A stretch of DNA of 64,000 nt from Obrimoposthia wandeli (taxonomy: Eukaryota): NCBI GenBank assembly GCA_977020255.1, contig CDROCS010001717.1, forward strand, positions 248,001-312,000. Direction: 5' to 3'. A model generated the notes under the pieces. That model did not search any database and was not told where the DNA came from. It was given only the letters and a program-made list of their open reading frames with translations. Of this stretch, positions 50,460-62,300 are shown one piece after another (position 1 is the stretch's first letter; the number at the start of each line of letters is the position of its first letter). The position numbers were made by a program, and so were the translations under genes.

Positions 50460-53400
50460 ATAGTCTTCATTATAGTCTTGAAGACTTACACCCTCAAATT
50501 CAGTTATGGGTGGGATTTCAGTTGTATTTTCTAAATCTGCAAAGGTTTTCGCAAATTTATACGGAAAAATCCCCTTATCGTTAACCGAAACTGGGAACAC
50601 TGACTGTGTGATTGGCCATGCATTTAAAGATGCCGTTAAAATTTTTAAAGACCCGCTCAAAAACTGCAGAGAATCTATGAATCTTAAACTGCAGAATTCA
50701 GTATATGCAGTTAAAGATAAATATTTCTCTGAAGTTTGAGGTATACATGAAATTTTCCAAGAGCTTAATTTACCCAACGCGTATTTAAGTATATGATGCA
50801 AATCATATCCTTTGAGATTATGAAACACGATGGGAATGCATGGTTTTTTAGGGAGACGACGGCCAAGGTTACAGAGGTTGCACGCCGCTCCCAAGTATCG
50901 CCCCGTAACATGATCGTGATCTCTGACTAACTTAGACTGGGTTCCACACAAATAACATAATCTACAAGAATTAAAATCAACCCAGTCTATGCCTATCATG
51001 ATCATTGCTTGATGAGCATTGAGATCATACCACGGTTTGACAATTGTTGTTCCTAATTCTTCTAATTTCAACATAAAATCTAAAATACAATTTGGACCGG
51101 AACATTTATGATACTGTGTTATATTGGGGCCTAGGAATAGTAGTCCTGCTGAAGCCGGTAGGTGAATACTCTCATACTGGTCGTGCAATGCTAGAATTGA
51201 CTCAAAATCAGCATACACCCTGAATTCCACGGGTATGCATTTTGCCCAATCCCTGAATTTTAAATCCTTAACCTTAGGCATGCTATATAGCGTATTGTCA
51301 TCAGGATTCAGTGAACATAATGTCAGATGTTTGCTGTAAGAGAGCTCGGATCGGAACCCATGCAAACATCTATGACACCACTTACACCTTATCCTAACCG
51401 GTAAGGCTCCATTATCTAAATTTAGAAGACGATCTAAATTAGGAATTGCAGCATAATGAAATTTTTATTATGTTCGAGCAAAATTAAGTTGACCTGAGTC
51501 CCCTCATTTTTGCTCCTATAAATTACATCTACAAAAGGATTTTTAAAAATTTCTTCATCTGTTACATTAACTGGGATATCAGTATTATATTTGAATACAT
51601 TAATACTCAAATTATTAAGGTGTTCAAATCTTGATATCGCAGTTAATTTAACAGGAAAATCTATTCCATGATACTGCAATTCATTTAAAAAAGGGGCATA
51701 TTTACTGACACGCTCTCTATGCTCAGTAATTACATCCCTTTTGAGGATGGGCAAAACGCTATACAGGAAGCAAAGGTTATCACTGTTTTGTACGTTAACA
51801 ATGGAACGTGAAAGTTGAAGAGATCTAGGTGAAGGAATGTATGAACTCCCCGATAAATATAGCATGTCAGTGAACTTTGTACGAACAAAGCTAACATCGT
51901 GAATTCTAACTAGATTCCATCCACTATTTAACTCGCAATAATTAGCAATTTTTTCATCTAGGTTTCTTCCAATTTTAGTTACAAAATTATCATAGAAAAC
52001 AGTTGCTTATGGGAAATTACCCAAGTTTTAGTCTCCTCATTGACATTTTTAAACTGCACTGTTGCGCGAAATTTAACCTTAGCCAGTCCTAATTTAGTCA
52101 CTTCTGATTTTAAAAGATTTTCAATATTTGAATCTACACCTACGTTTAATAAAATTTCATTTCCTAATGGCACCTTAACTATAACATACTTATTATTTAG
52201 GTGATACTCTATAGTAGCACCGTTTTCTCTACGTTTTTTGGGTGGGACCTTATTAAGAAATTGGCCTCGCCTCTTTCTTCCAACAGTCGCTGACTAACCT
52301 CGCCCTAATTGAACGGGAAGACAACTAGTTATATTAAATGTCGATGTTGAGGCAATCACAGCTGATGTGGAAGGGGCTACTGTAGTAGATGCTGCCGATG
52401 CTGAGGCAATCGTAGCTGTAGTAGACGGTGCTTCCGCAAATGATGAGTCAGAAGCAGCTGCATTTGAAGTTGGAGTAGCTGAGGTAGTCGCTGGCATTGC
52501 CGATGAAGAAGCGGCTGTTGTAGAGGCTGATGCTGCTGAAATAAATATATTAAAAAATAAATATATTTTTTAAAATTATTACCTCTAAGGCGTGCTAACA
52601 TCGATGTAGGCACTCGCGATGGAGGAGGCATAGATGTCGTAGCAGACGACGGCTGTATGAAGGTAGTCGCTGGCATTGCCGATGAAGAAGCGGCTGTTGT
52701 AGAGGCTGATCCTGCTGAAATAAATATATTTTTTAAAATTATTACCTCTAAGGCGTGCTAACATCGATGTAGGCACTCGCGATGGAGGAGGCATAGATGT
52801 CGTAGCAGACGACGGCTGTATGAAGGTAGTCGCTGGCATTGCCGATGAAGAAGCGGCTGTTGTAGAGGCTGATGCTGCTGAAATAAATATATTAAAAAAT
52901 AAATATATTTTTTAAAATTATTACCTCTAAGGCGTGCTAACATCGATGTAGGCACTCACGATGGAGGAGGCATAGATGTCGTAGCAGACGACGGCTGTAT
53001 GAAGGTAGTCGCTGGCATTGCCGATGAAGAAGCGGCTGTTGTAGATGTTGATGCTGCTGAAATAAATATATTAAAAAATAAAAAAAATATTTTTAAAACT
53101 TATTACCTCTAAGACGTTCAAACATCGATGTAGGCACTCGCGATGGAGGAGGCATATATGTCGTAGCGGACGACGGCTGTATCACTGTATTTCCTGAATA
53201 AAAAATAAAAATAAATAATATATATTTACAATTTAAAAAAATAATCAGTAAAATAATAATAAAAAAACCTAATGAAGGCAAACCAACAGGAGCTGATTGG
53301 AAGTCCTTTTCATTGACGGAATCCATCCAGCTGTCGTTCGTGAACTCGACGAAATCGGATTCCTCGATGGTCTCCAACCAGCTGTTGTCGCTCCACTGAG

Positions 53401-53880
53401 GCTGCTCTATCTCGAAATCTGACTGGATGATATTTTCCATCCATTCATTGTTCGAGAATTGGGTTTCTGGCGCCAACTTCTCAAAATCTTCTTTGGAGAT
53501 GTCGTTAATCCACTCATTGTTAGTCATTTGAGTGGATGAAGCAGCTGCAGAATCAGGAGACGGTAGAGAATGACCAATTGCAGGACCGTAAACAGGTTGA
53601 TGACTGCATCTGGAATTGAAGCAAGAGCTGGAGTGGCCTGCGAATCGCGCACCAATTGCACGATATCCCTCTTCTTGTTGTTGGCTGTGAAACAGGATAG
53701 GTGAGCTCGATGTTCACCGAAGAAGTCTCAAAACTCCTTCTCCTCCATTGTTCTGCAGAAGGGGCAGACGAAGAAGTGAAGCCCGCAAGACTTTGTCCGA
53801 TAGTAGGCGGACATTATCTCCATGCAGGTCTCTCCTCCATGCGGAGCCGAAGCACCACAATACGCAGGGAATAGGTTACA
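50460..53880 (-). pseudogene. Spliced pPolB gene: Cys/His exon, acidic Trp repeats, S/T/A-rich tandem exons, NLS-like region, then N-terminal, exonuclease and EndoVII-like domains
   Basis: NSGWNLVRI, GSSYIP..IVNVQNSDNLCFLYS, RVYADFESIL, CYLC...VRDHDHVTGRYLGAACNLCN, IPIVFHNLKGYD, LRFIDSLQFL. GT-AG introns at 53194-53268, 53057-53106, 52878-52924, 52715-52745 and 52536-52582 keep the frame. One TAG (52294-96) and some frameshifts. Confidence 0.75.
52481..53193 (-). repeat. Tandem exon-intron modules: three identical-length 132-nt phase-1/phase-1 exons separated by 31-50 nt introns, plus partial flanking units
   Basis: Exons 52583-52714, 52746-52877 and 52925-53056 encode about AASASTTAASSSAMPATTFIQPSSATTSMPPPSRVPTSMLARLR. 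Confidence 0.9.
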
Positions 53881-54988
53881 CTTAATCTGAAATAATAAAT
53901 ATTAATAAAAAAATAATAAATATAGATTCTTAAAAAATTGAATTTATTCCTCCACTGAAAAAAATTGTTTATGTGTTATTGGTTGATAATATTATTTTTA
54001 ATATTTTTTATTCCTCCAATTAAAAGGCTTATTTGTAATTGGATGAAAAATTGATTTTTTAAATAATGAATTTTTCCAATTAGAAGAATTGTTTATCTAC
54101 ATGTCAAATAATAATAAGATAGACTTAAACATTTTTTATATGCGCAATGGTCACCATGACTACGATATGGACAGCAAATATTTCGTGGAATTTTTAATAG
54201 ATGATCACGTGAAATATTTTAAGTATTCAACCTCAATTTAAGAAAATAATTTTTTAAAGTCTTATACTTTTTACCATCCATTTCATCTAAAACATAAAAA
54301 ATTCCATTTTCTATATCGAAATTAGATGTTATTGTATCGAAAATACATATTTCACAAAAAGCCTTATGTCCTTCTTTCCATTTTAATAAATGAAAGTAAT
54401 TAGTTAGATATAAATTAGTAAATTTTTTTTTATTATTTTAAACTTTTAAATGGGAAATCTATTTGAAACATGAAATGCAAATGATGAAAAACTACAAAAA
54501 AAAACAAACATCCATAATACATAATTCTTTTATAATATAATCACCATTTTGTTAACGAAAGCCTCAAAATCTATGATATATTCCTGCATAATTATCCAAA
54601 TTTGTAGCAAATCCCTTTGTTTATAACGAATAAAAAAATCATTAATCAAAAATTTATTAAAATAACAAAGTACTCAGCATTCAGTCTTTCATGTTAAGAT
54701 TGGTATATATTGTCAAATCTCCTATGAATATTAAAATAAATTATATTAAATGTAAACATACCTAAATATTTCGAAATTAAATTACATATTTTATCTTCAA
54801 CAATTTCCGGAGTATCATTTTCTGAGAAGTAATTTTTTTATAATCTTCCATTAAATCTGGAGATAATTTTATGTATAATTTATTCCAATTTTTTTTATCC
54901 ATTTTACAAAAAACATTATATATAAATTTGTTTATATTTAGACAATTATTTAACATAATCAATAAAGACAAATTAATAATCAAAACAT

Positions 54989-55309
54989 TTATTTTTTTGT
55001 AGAAGGACCCTCTTCCGGTTTAATCTGGAGGATTCTCTTTCTTGCTGCTCGCCGAACATCCTCCATATCTTCTCTTCTTTTTTCATCCACCTTCCTTTTT
55101 TCCAATTCGATCTTCTTATTCCACTCCACGATCCGACGTCGTTCTGCTAGCCGCCTATCTTGTATCTCCACCCGGCGATTCCACTCAATCGCGACAGCAG
55201 CATACAAATTTTGATTGAGGACTCTCTTTCTTAAGTCCCCTTTCTTTTCATTTATTCTGATGTTTGCTTCTATCTTCGTTACCAAACTTTGCAATTTAAT
55301 GAATTCCAT
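54989..55309 (-). CDS. Polinton ORF2, 106-aa basic/charged predicted coiled-coil protein of unknown function
   Basis: Intact ATG-to-stop frame, GC-richer than its flanks, internal repeat EWNRRVE/EWNKKIE. Confidence 0.55.
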   Translation of the reverse strand: MEFIKLQSLVTKIEANIRINEKKGDLRKRVLNQNLYAAVAIEWNRRVEIQDRRLAERRRIVEWNKKIELEKRKVDEKRREDMEDVRRAARKRILQIKPEEGPSTKK

Positions 55310-55599
55310 TTTTTTAATTATGAAGAGGTTAATAAATTTGAACTTATATATATAAATTTAAGATATTTTTAATCCAATCACAGGCAATTAAATGATATAT
55401 TTTTATGTATCAAATGAAAGTTTAATAAATCTATAACTAATCATTGCAATTATATTTAAACCTAAAAAAATTTAAATGATTCCTTATTAATCCAAACACA
55501 GTCGAATAAATTAACTATTTTTTTCATCTTGATATTTTAATAAACTTAAAGATGGTATTTAAATAAATATTAACAAGAAAACATATGAAACTAATTTTT

Positions 55600-57688
55600 A
55601 TAAATTATATTCTTAAAAATCTTTACAAAGTCTTCATTGGGATCATCCTCATCGAAATCCCTCCGACTAAGTATTATTGGAGAAAGCGGTACTGGCTCCT
55701 TCTTTGGCCGACCCGGTTTCTTTTTCGGCTTCACCGGTTGTTTTACAGCAATTGTCCTTCCCTCAGCTTTTGGTAATAGTTTTGGAAGGAGGTGCAGCCG
55801 ATGTTGATGGCCCCGACATAGAAGCAGTAGCCTTCCTCTTCCGCGGAGCTTTCTTCTGTTTCTCCTTCTCACGCTAAAGCTGGCGTGAGACGGCATCCTG
55901 TTGCCCTCGCGAATTTGGAAGCATTGCCGGTGTATCCAGTTCCGCCAGGAATTCGTCCAATCCAGCTTCATCCCAGGCTCTCTTCAAGTTCTGGCTGGTT
56001 GTTGGACGAGGAGAAGCTGGTGATGTCTCCTGCAGGCGTCGTTGACTTGATGGCGGACTAATCTCGATCGGTAAGACTGGGATCCTCTCGTATAGTATTA
56101 GACCGTCGTCCACTGGAGATGGAAGAATTGCCTGTCGTCCATTAAACGCCTCAGAAGAATGGCGAATTGAGGTGCTACCTTTTCTCGAGCGCTTTGTCTT
56201 CTTCACCTCTGCTCGCTTCATCCGTTTCTTGGGAAAAGGAGTAATTTCTCCCCAAGTCTCCTCAATTATCCGGACGGGTTCCTGCAAAATAAAACATTGA
56301 TAAAATTTTTAATGAAGTTTTTTTATTTAAAAAAAATATTTAAATATCTAAAAATTTACCTCAATTATCTGATACGGAAGATTTTCCTGTCGCTCTATCG
56401 TTACTAAGGTCGAATTGAGCAGACACGATTTCGCCTTTCTAAGACGCCTCGTCTTCCGTACAGCAGCCCGCCTCGTTCGCTTCTGCGGGAAAGGATACAT
56501 TTTGCCCCATATCTCCTCAGTTAATTGTATTGGTTCCTGCAACAAAAACATCAATAAAATGTAAACATATAAATAATTTACCTCAATGACGGGCAGGTTA
56601 GCCTGTTTCACCAACTTGGCCTTCTTCCGATGGACCGTGTGGGTTTTGACCCGATGGCGTTGAGGTTTCTTAACCGCCGCTTGTTTCCTATCGACGGGTA
56701 GTCTGAGAGTTGCCTCCTCCCAAATTTCCTCCACCAATTCGGCTTCCTATGTGAATAATTAAAATTACTAACTAATTTATAATAATTTACCTCAAATTTA
56801 TCCGGAGTCAGTAGCAGTATCGCAGCTCACTCCTGGGATCATCCTGGCTACATTGACTCGCCAAGTACTGCAGTACATTCAGCCTCTCCACCGTGGTCAC
56901 TGACGGTGCCAAATCCAGTTGAAGTTTCTGAAAATGAAATTAAAAAACATTTTAAATAAATTAATAGACTAACTCATTTGTCACCTTTATTCTCCTAACA
57001 GGACGTATCGAACGGCCTTCTGAACAGATCAGGCACCGTATTGTCGGCTATCGGATTTGGAATTGCAGAGGGAGTGAGACCATCCCAATCGTCGGTGAAC
57101 AGGCGCCACTCGTCCTCATCCAATTCTGCCACCATCGAATCGTTGGCTCCTGGGGCTCCGATACTTAGCTGTATCCATTCATCGATGAATGGAGTCAAGT
57201 CCTCCTCAACATTCGACGAAACGTCATCGGTGAATAGCTCCTCGTCTGAGTCTGGTGCGAGTACTATCTCCGGCTGAGACAGCGGGATCAATTTCTAGGG
57301 GCGTTTGATTGCCGCCTCAAAATTCTCGAAGATATTGGATCTTCTTGCTGCTACTGCTGAAGTTGCCAGACGAGTGGCTTCTGTGTTTAGCCTGGGAGTA
57401 CAGTCTTCCCAATTCTCAATCGAATCCTGACTAGTCAGGTCGATATATTGAGATCTCTGTATCCCACCTCTCAAGCTCATTGGTTCTTCCAATGGAGTTG
57501 AGCTGGCCAATGGTGCTTCTTCTTTTAACAGCTCCGCTTTTGCTGCAGCTTCTTCTTCATCTCCTTCGCTCACCACCGACGAGTCTTGACTAAGTACGTC
57601 AATGTATTGCGCCGGTATTGGCGTTCGCTGCTGTACTGGAGAGATATCCCCATACAATTGAACATCCAACGTTGTTGAAAATTGGCAT
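55600..57688 (-). pseudogene. Polinton ORF1 (copy B): spliced acidic-then-basic nuclear protein with SIM-like motifs and a C-terminal AT-hook-like motif
   Basis: Homologous to 62757-63977 with short GT-AG introns. YIDVLSQDSS and YIDLTSQDS motifs, KKKPGRPKK near 55700. Frameshifts and stops present. Confidence 0.7.
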
Positions 57689-58081
57689 TCTTGATTCTTG
57701 ATTATTGATTCTTGATTTATGAAAAATAATGAAAAGAGGTTTCCTTTTATTCAAAAAACAACAGACTAACCCTCTTTTTTCGTCCAATGAGAGTGGGTTA
57801 TTCAAATAATTTATTTGAAAAATCTATGGGCTTTTCTCAATTTTTTAACTACGTTTGAATGTAAGAATGTCATTGGATAAATAAATATTTTATTCGAAAA
57901 TATAACTATTTTCTTAAGTTTTATGTTGCCTGAGTTTAAAGTGTAATGATAGTGTATTATTCAAATAATTTATAGTATTTTCTTTATTTTTGTTAATGTT
58001 TGAATACATGTATATCTTTGGATTTGAAATAGTAATATTTCTTGTCCGTACATGTTTGAAGGGTATAAACATTTTTTCCAG

Positions 58082-58205
58082 ATGTCATTTAAGGTCAAGT
58101 TAAGGTCATGACCTCATGAGGTCAAGGTCATTTAAGGTCATTGTGAGGTCATGATCTCATGAGGTCGTCATTTAAGGTCATTGTGAGGTCATGATGACTC
58201 ATCCT
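58082..58205. promoter_or_regulatory. Cluster of AGGTCA motifs including a perfect AGGTCATGACCT palindrome (58103-58114)
   Basis: About ten AGGTCA/TGACCT-like hexamers in about 120 bp. Regulatory function is inference only. Confidence 0.4.
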
Positions 58206-61200
58206 ATGACTCAACTCATCCGAATAAAATGAAAATGTTAAAATCATTTCCAATTTATGTAGTTGAAGATTTAAAAATTTTCGCGACCCTGTATATATAT
58301 ATATGTATGGATATAAATTCTTATAAAAAAATATTTTTCGCAACTACAGGGCGCGAAAAAAAAATTATCATGTACAATTTTTTTTAGGGTCTCAAAAATC
58401 GATTTTCTCAAAAAATGCCATTTCAAAAATCACGTTTTTTTTCCATAAATCTGGCTGTATAAACTTGAGCTAATTTTACTTTATAATACCTTAAAGAAAA
58501 TATAAATGCACTTTGGTGGATATTCTTTTCATCTTTCTATGACTCATCACTTTCGATTTATTCGAATTCGAATGTTCGAAAATGACGTTTTTCAAATTAT
58601 TTTCCTTTCGAGTTGGATGATAATTGGCACGATTTTAAGATTACATCATCAACAAAAGAGTTTACTTTATATTTTTGCTTTGAGGTTTAATACTCAAAAA
58701 TGTTTAGTTTTGATTTGAGGGGTATGTGTAAAAATATTAATTTTTTGTGCACTGAATTTCAACCCTCTCTGGAGCCGGCTGTGTGAATCCGATTGATTAG
58801 AATATTTAGTATGTTAAAGACAACACGGGAACAAGGTTGAAAGTATTCAAATAATTTTACTGTGACTTTTAATTTTTCAGATATTCGAGCTCGAAATTCG
58901 AAAATTTTAACAGCTCTGTATTCATATAGAAAATGAATTTTTAGAATTTTAAAGTGGGATAATTCCAGTTTTTGAGCATTATTAACTTAAATATATAAAA
59001 ATATTGTAAAAAGTTTAACATGTAGTGTGTGGGGAAAAAAAATTTTAAAAATCAATAATCAAAAATATCTCTTAAACCCTATGTCAGAAGTTTTTAAAAA
59101 TCTAATTAAATCTCAGCTATAAAGCGCTTATTATTATGTTAAAAGCCTTAATAATCTGAAGATTTTGGTGGGGTAGAAAAATGTGTCATTTTTGCTATTT
59201 TTCCCATTTATTCGTAACTTTCCTTGCAGCTATGAACCTGAATTTCATGTCATGTCTAGAACATAGTATTTACGTATATTTGAAACCATTCACGTTTCTA
59301 TATGAATTATATTTTCAGAGATATTCTTGTCTGAATCATCGATTTTCCCGAAAAACCCGACACTTTAGAAAGTATATGTATTCGTGTGGAATAATAATGA
59401 TATTATTAGAGTCGGATATTATCAGGGTCGTATATTATCAGGGTGGGAGGTACTCAAAATTCAAGCCACAGCAATGCTGTTCTACTATATATGTATTGCT
59501 CGTCCAATCACCGCGGGCACGGAGGGCACGTGTTGGCCCCTTTGACGGCCTCTCAGGACCTTCCTCACTTTTTTGGGAGCACTATGAGATTTTCAATTCT
59601 AAAGAGTGTTATATGGGGTTAATTAGTTTTTTAAGTGTTGGGTGGGGGGTAGAAAATTCCACTCCACACACATGCATGAAATTTCATTCCACACACATGC
59701 ATGGATTTAAAGGACTGTGGGGGGAGGGGATGTGGATTAGACCGTACACATCCACCTACTACTATGAGATTGGGTTTGAAAGTTGATTTGACATCTATGG
59801 GATAAACTACTTTAAAATGTACTATAGTACGCTTAATTTAATAATTTTAGTTTCATCATTTAAGAGTTTGCTTCATTTCAAAATGCAACAAAAACACTAA
59901 AGCAGAATTTTCTTGGACATTCAAATACTCGTAACCGGAATATAAATTTTGAATTAACACGCATTGAGATTGATGCATTTAAATAAAACAACTTTTTAAA
60001 GTATAAATTTTGATAAAAATATGTTACGGGTATTTAAAAAAGTACTTTTTGAAAAAGAAAAAGTTATAATTTTAATAAAACTATTTTTGTAAAATATGTG
60101 TTACTTGTGATTAAAAGTAATATAAAATTTATTTGTTTTATATAGTTTTAAAGCTTTTAAAAAAATTATTTCATTTCAGTAAAAGCAATTTTTTTTTCAC
60201 AACAGTAAAATAATAATAATAAAATTGAAGAAATAATTTTAGGGGTGAAATGTAAAAATATATAAAAATTCATATAAAAGAATCTACCCACCCCCCAAAA
60301 ATGATGTACCAGTAATTTAAATCTTTTTAATTTTGGCGCCAAAATCTTTTGAAAATTTAAACAATATTTTTTGAACTTTTGGAAAAAATATATTTTGAAC
60401 ATTTTGACCCTTGGAGGTCCACCCCTTGGAGATCTGTAGATTTTGACCCTTGAAGGTTAACTTTGGAAGAACCTCCTTCGAAGTATCACTTTCAAAAAAC
60501 CACCTTATACGAACCACCTTCAAAGAACCGTGTCTGCATGAGGTCATGACATTGACCTTAATCTCAATAGGGCATGAACGATGACACCATAACAACGGTT
60601 GTCGTGGTGGTGCCAATATAGTAAAGGCTACCATGACAATGAGGGACACACATCCCCCTACCACCTAACAGTGGTAATAAAAAAGTTTGTCGAAATTTAT
60701 TTTTTTCCATTGTTTGTTATGTACCTACGCGACATAATGAATTATTTCATACATTTATTTGTGCTAGATAAATAAAATAGCCAAGACAATTACAATGGAG
60801 TTAGCTCACACAAATCAATAGAATTGTGACCAAGTTGTTTTCTTTCAATGCAACTGTTATTGTATGTGTGTTGGAGTGAGAAATATTTAAAGATGGTTAT
60901 TGCATAACATTTGTTTCACTGAAATTGTCTGAGTAAAACCAAAATAACGCTATTCAAAAGCGATATTTTATGAGAAAATTTAATTATTGCAGTTGAAAGC
61001 CCTAAATTCTTTTAGATTCAATTGTCAAATACAACAATTTCGTTATATTGAAATTAGAGAAGTTTAACATGATAAGACACGAATTCTGAACATTGCTGTA
61101 ATAATAAATTTCAAATAAAATTAAATAAAATTATTTATCTGGTGATTGATCCTTGGAGGTGAAAATGGCATGTCTTTATAATATTTTCAATTTACTTCTT

Positions 61201-61229
61201 TATTTTAAACCAATTTGATTGGCAAATTA

Positions 61230-61869
61230 TTTTAATTCCATATTCATAGTTTTAACCCATTTAGCCAAAATAAATGGTCCCAGTTTTGTCGGAGACTCAT
61301 TCCCTAGATTTACCCTGATAATGTCTATTGTCGTAAATATTTTTGCTTCATCCACATAATTGAACAAGAGTTGTGCATCCGGTATTTGGAATGTCTGAAA
61401 ATTGTCTGTAGTCAACACACATTCGAAATGTATTGTCTGGCTTCTTCACAATGACCAATGGCGAGTTCCAAGGACTTTCAAAACGCTTAATTACGCTTAC
61501 TTTCAGTAAACTTCCAATCATTTCATCAACTTGATTTTCTAAATGCATTGATTGTTGTCTAGATTTTGACAAATTGGATCCGCAATAATCCATTGAACAA
61601 CACTTTAATATTAAACCCACACAAAAGTTGTTGATGACTACTCAAAAAAACTCCACTCACATATAAATTATTCTTTCTCATTTTGTGATATCCTCCTGTT
61701 TCCCAACAATCCTTACTCATTACAGTAACTGGTGCTCCAGATTCCCACAGCATTTCAACATCTACATCATGTATCCTTATTATACTCCATTTGCAACCAT
61801 CATTCTTCAAATACTGAGTAAAATTCCTACCTTATCAGTATTATTTCATAACATGCATTATATTATAAA
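61230..61869 (-). mobile_element. Gypsy protease/RT remnant
   Basis: VEMLWESGAPVTVMS (protease) and PWNSPLVIVKKPDNTFRMCVDYRQ (RT). Confidence 0.7.
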
Positions 61870-62127
61870 AGTAGGTGGATGTGTCCGGTCTAATCCACAC
61901 CCCCCTCCCCCCTTGTCCTTTAAAACCGTGCATGTGTGTGGAGTGAAATTTCACTCCACACACCTACACGAAATTTCACTCCACACACATGCACGGTTTT
62001 AAAGGACAAGGGGGGAGGGGGGTGTGGATTAGACCGGACACATCCACCTACTTTTATAATATAATGCATGTTATGAAATAATACTGATAAGGTAGGAATT
62101 TTACTCAGTATTTGAAGAATGATGGTT
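61795..62127. repeat. Perfect inverted repeat (158-bp arms, 17-nt spacer) including a Polinton terminus and 75 bp of flank
   Basis: 61795-61952 is the exact reverse complement of 61970-62127. AGTAGGTGG terminus at 61870. Internal 30-bp palindrome GTGTGTGGAGTGAAATTTCACTCCACACAC. Confidence 0.95.
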
Positions 62128-62182
62128 ACCTCCCCTACAAATTTTTCGCGACTTTCGGCGCGAAGAGCTCGGGACCGACATT

Positions 62183-62300
62183 GGTCACAGACTAGTCCTG
62201 TGATGTTCGGATATCTCGTTCTCATATAGGTCACAGACTAGCTTGGCGATGTACGGATATCTCGCTCTCATATAGGTCACAGACTAGCTTGGCGATGTAC
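62183..62300. repeat. 46-bp tandem repeat running into an assembly gap
   Basis: Units start at 62183, 62229 and 62275 (GGTCACAGACTAG...). Confidence 0.9.

Larger units (their letters stand above)
50460..59763 (-). mobile_element. Large Polinton/Maverick fragment (copy B) from terminus through ORF1, ORF2 and the 5' half of pPolB
   Basis: Terminus AGTAGTAGGTGGATG (reverse complement) at 59763, TIR homologous to copy A, gene order ORF1-ORF2-pPolB. Truncated at about 50460. Confidence 0.85.

Noticed and set aside
52367-52573. Plus-strand A/V/E-rich ORF, and similar antisense ORFs at 57041, 63170, 11683 and 13001
   Set aside because: Antisense shadows of the real minus- or plus-strand coding regions.
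58310-59480. Discrete MITE inserted in the copy B TIR region
   Set aside because: The extra 1.1 kb relative to copy A has no resolvable matching TIR pair and begins with a partial duplication of adjacent sequence. Left unclassified.
45657-59763. A single 14-kb intact Polinton between the AGTAG at 45657 and the terminus at 59763
   Set aside because: The 45657 end pairs with 48598 by its AATGTC TSD. No TSD matches 59763, and internal regions are duplicated.
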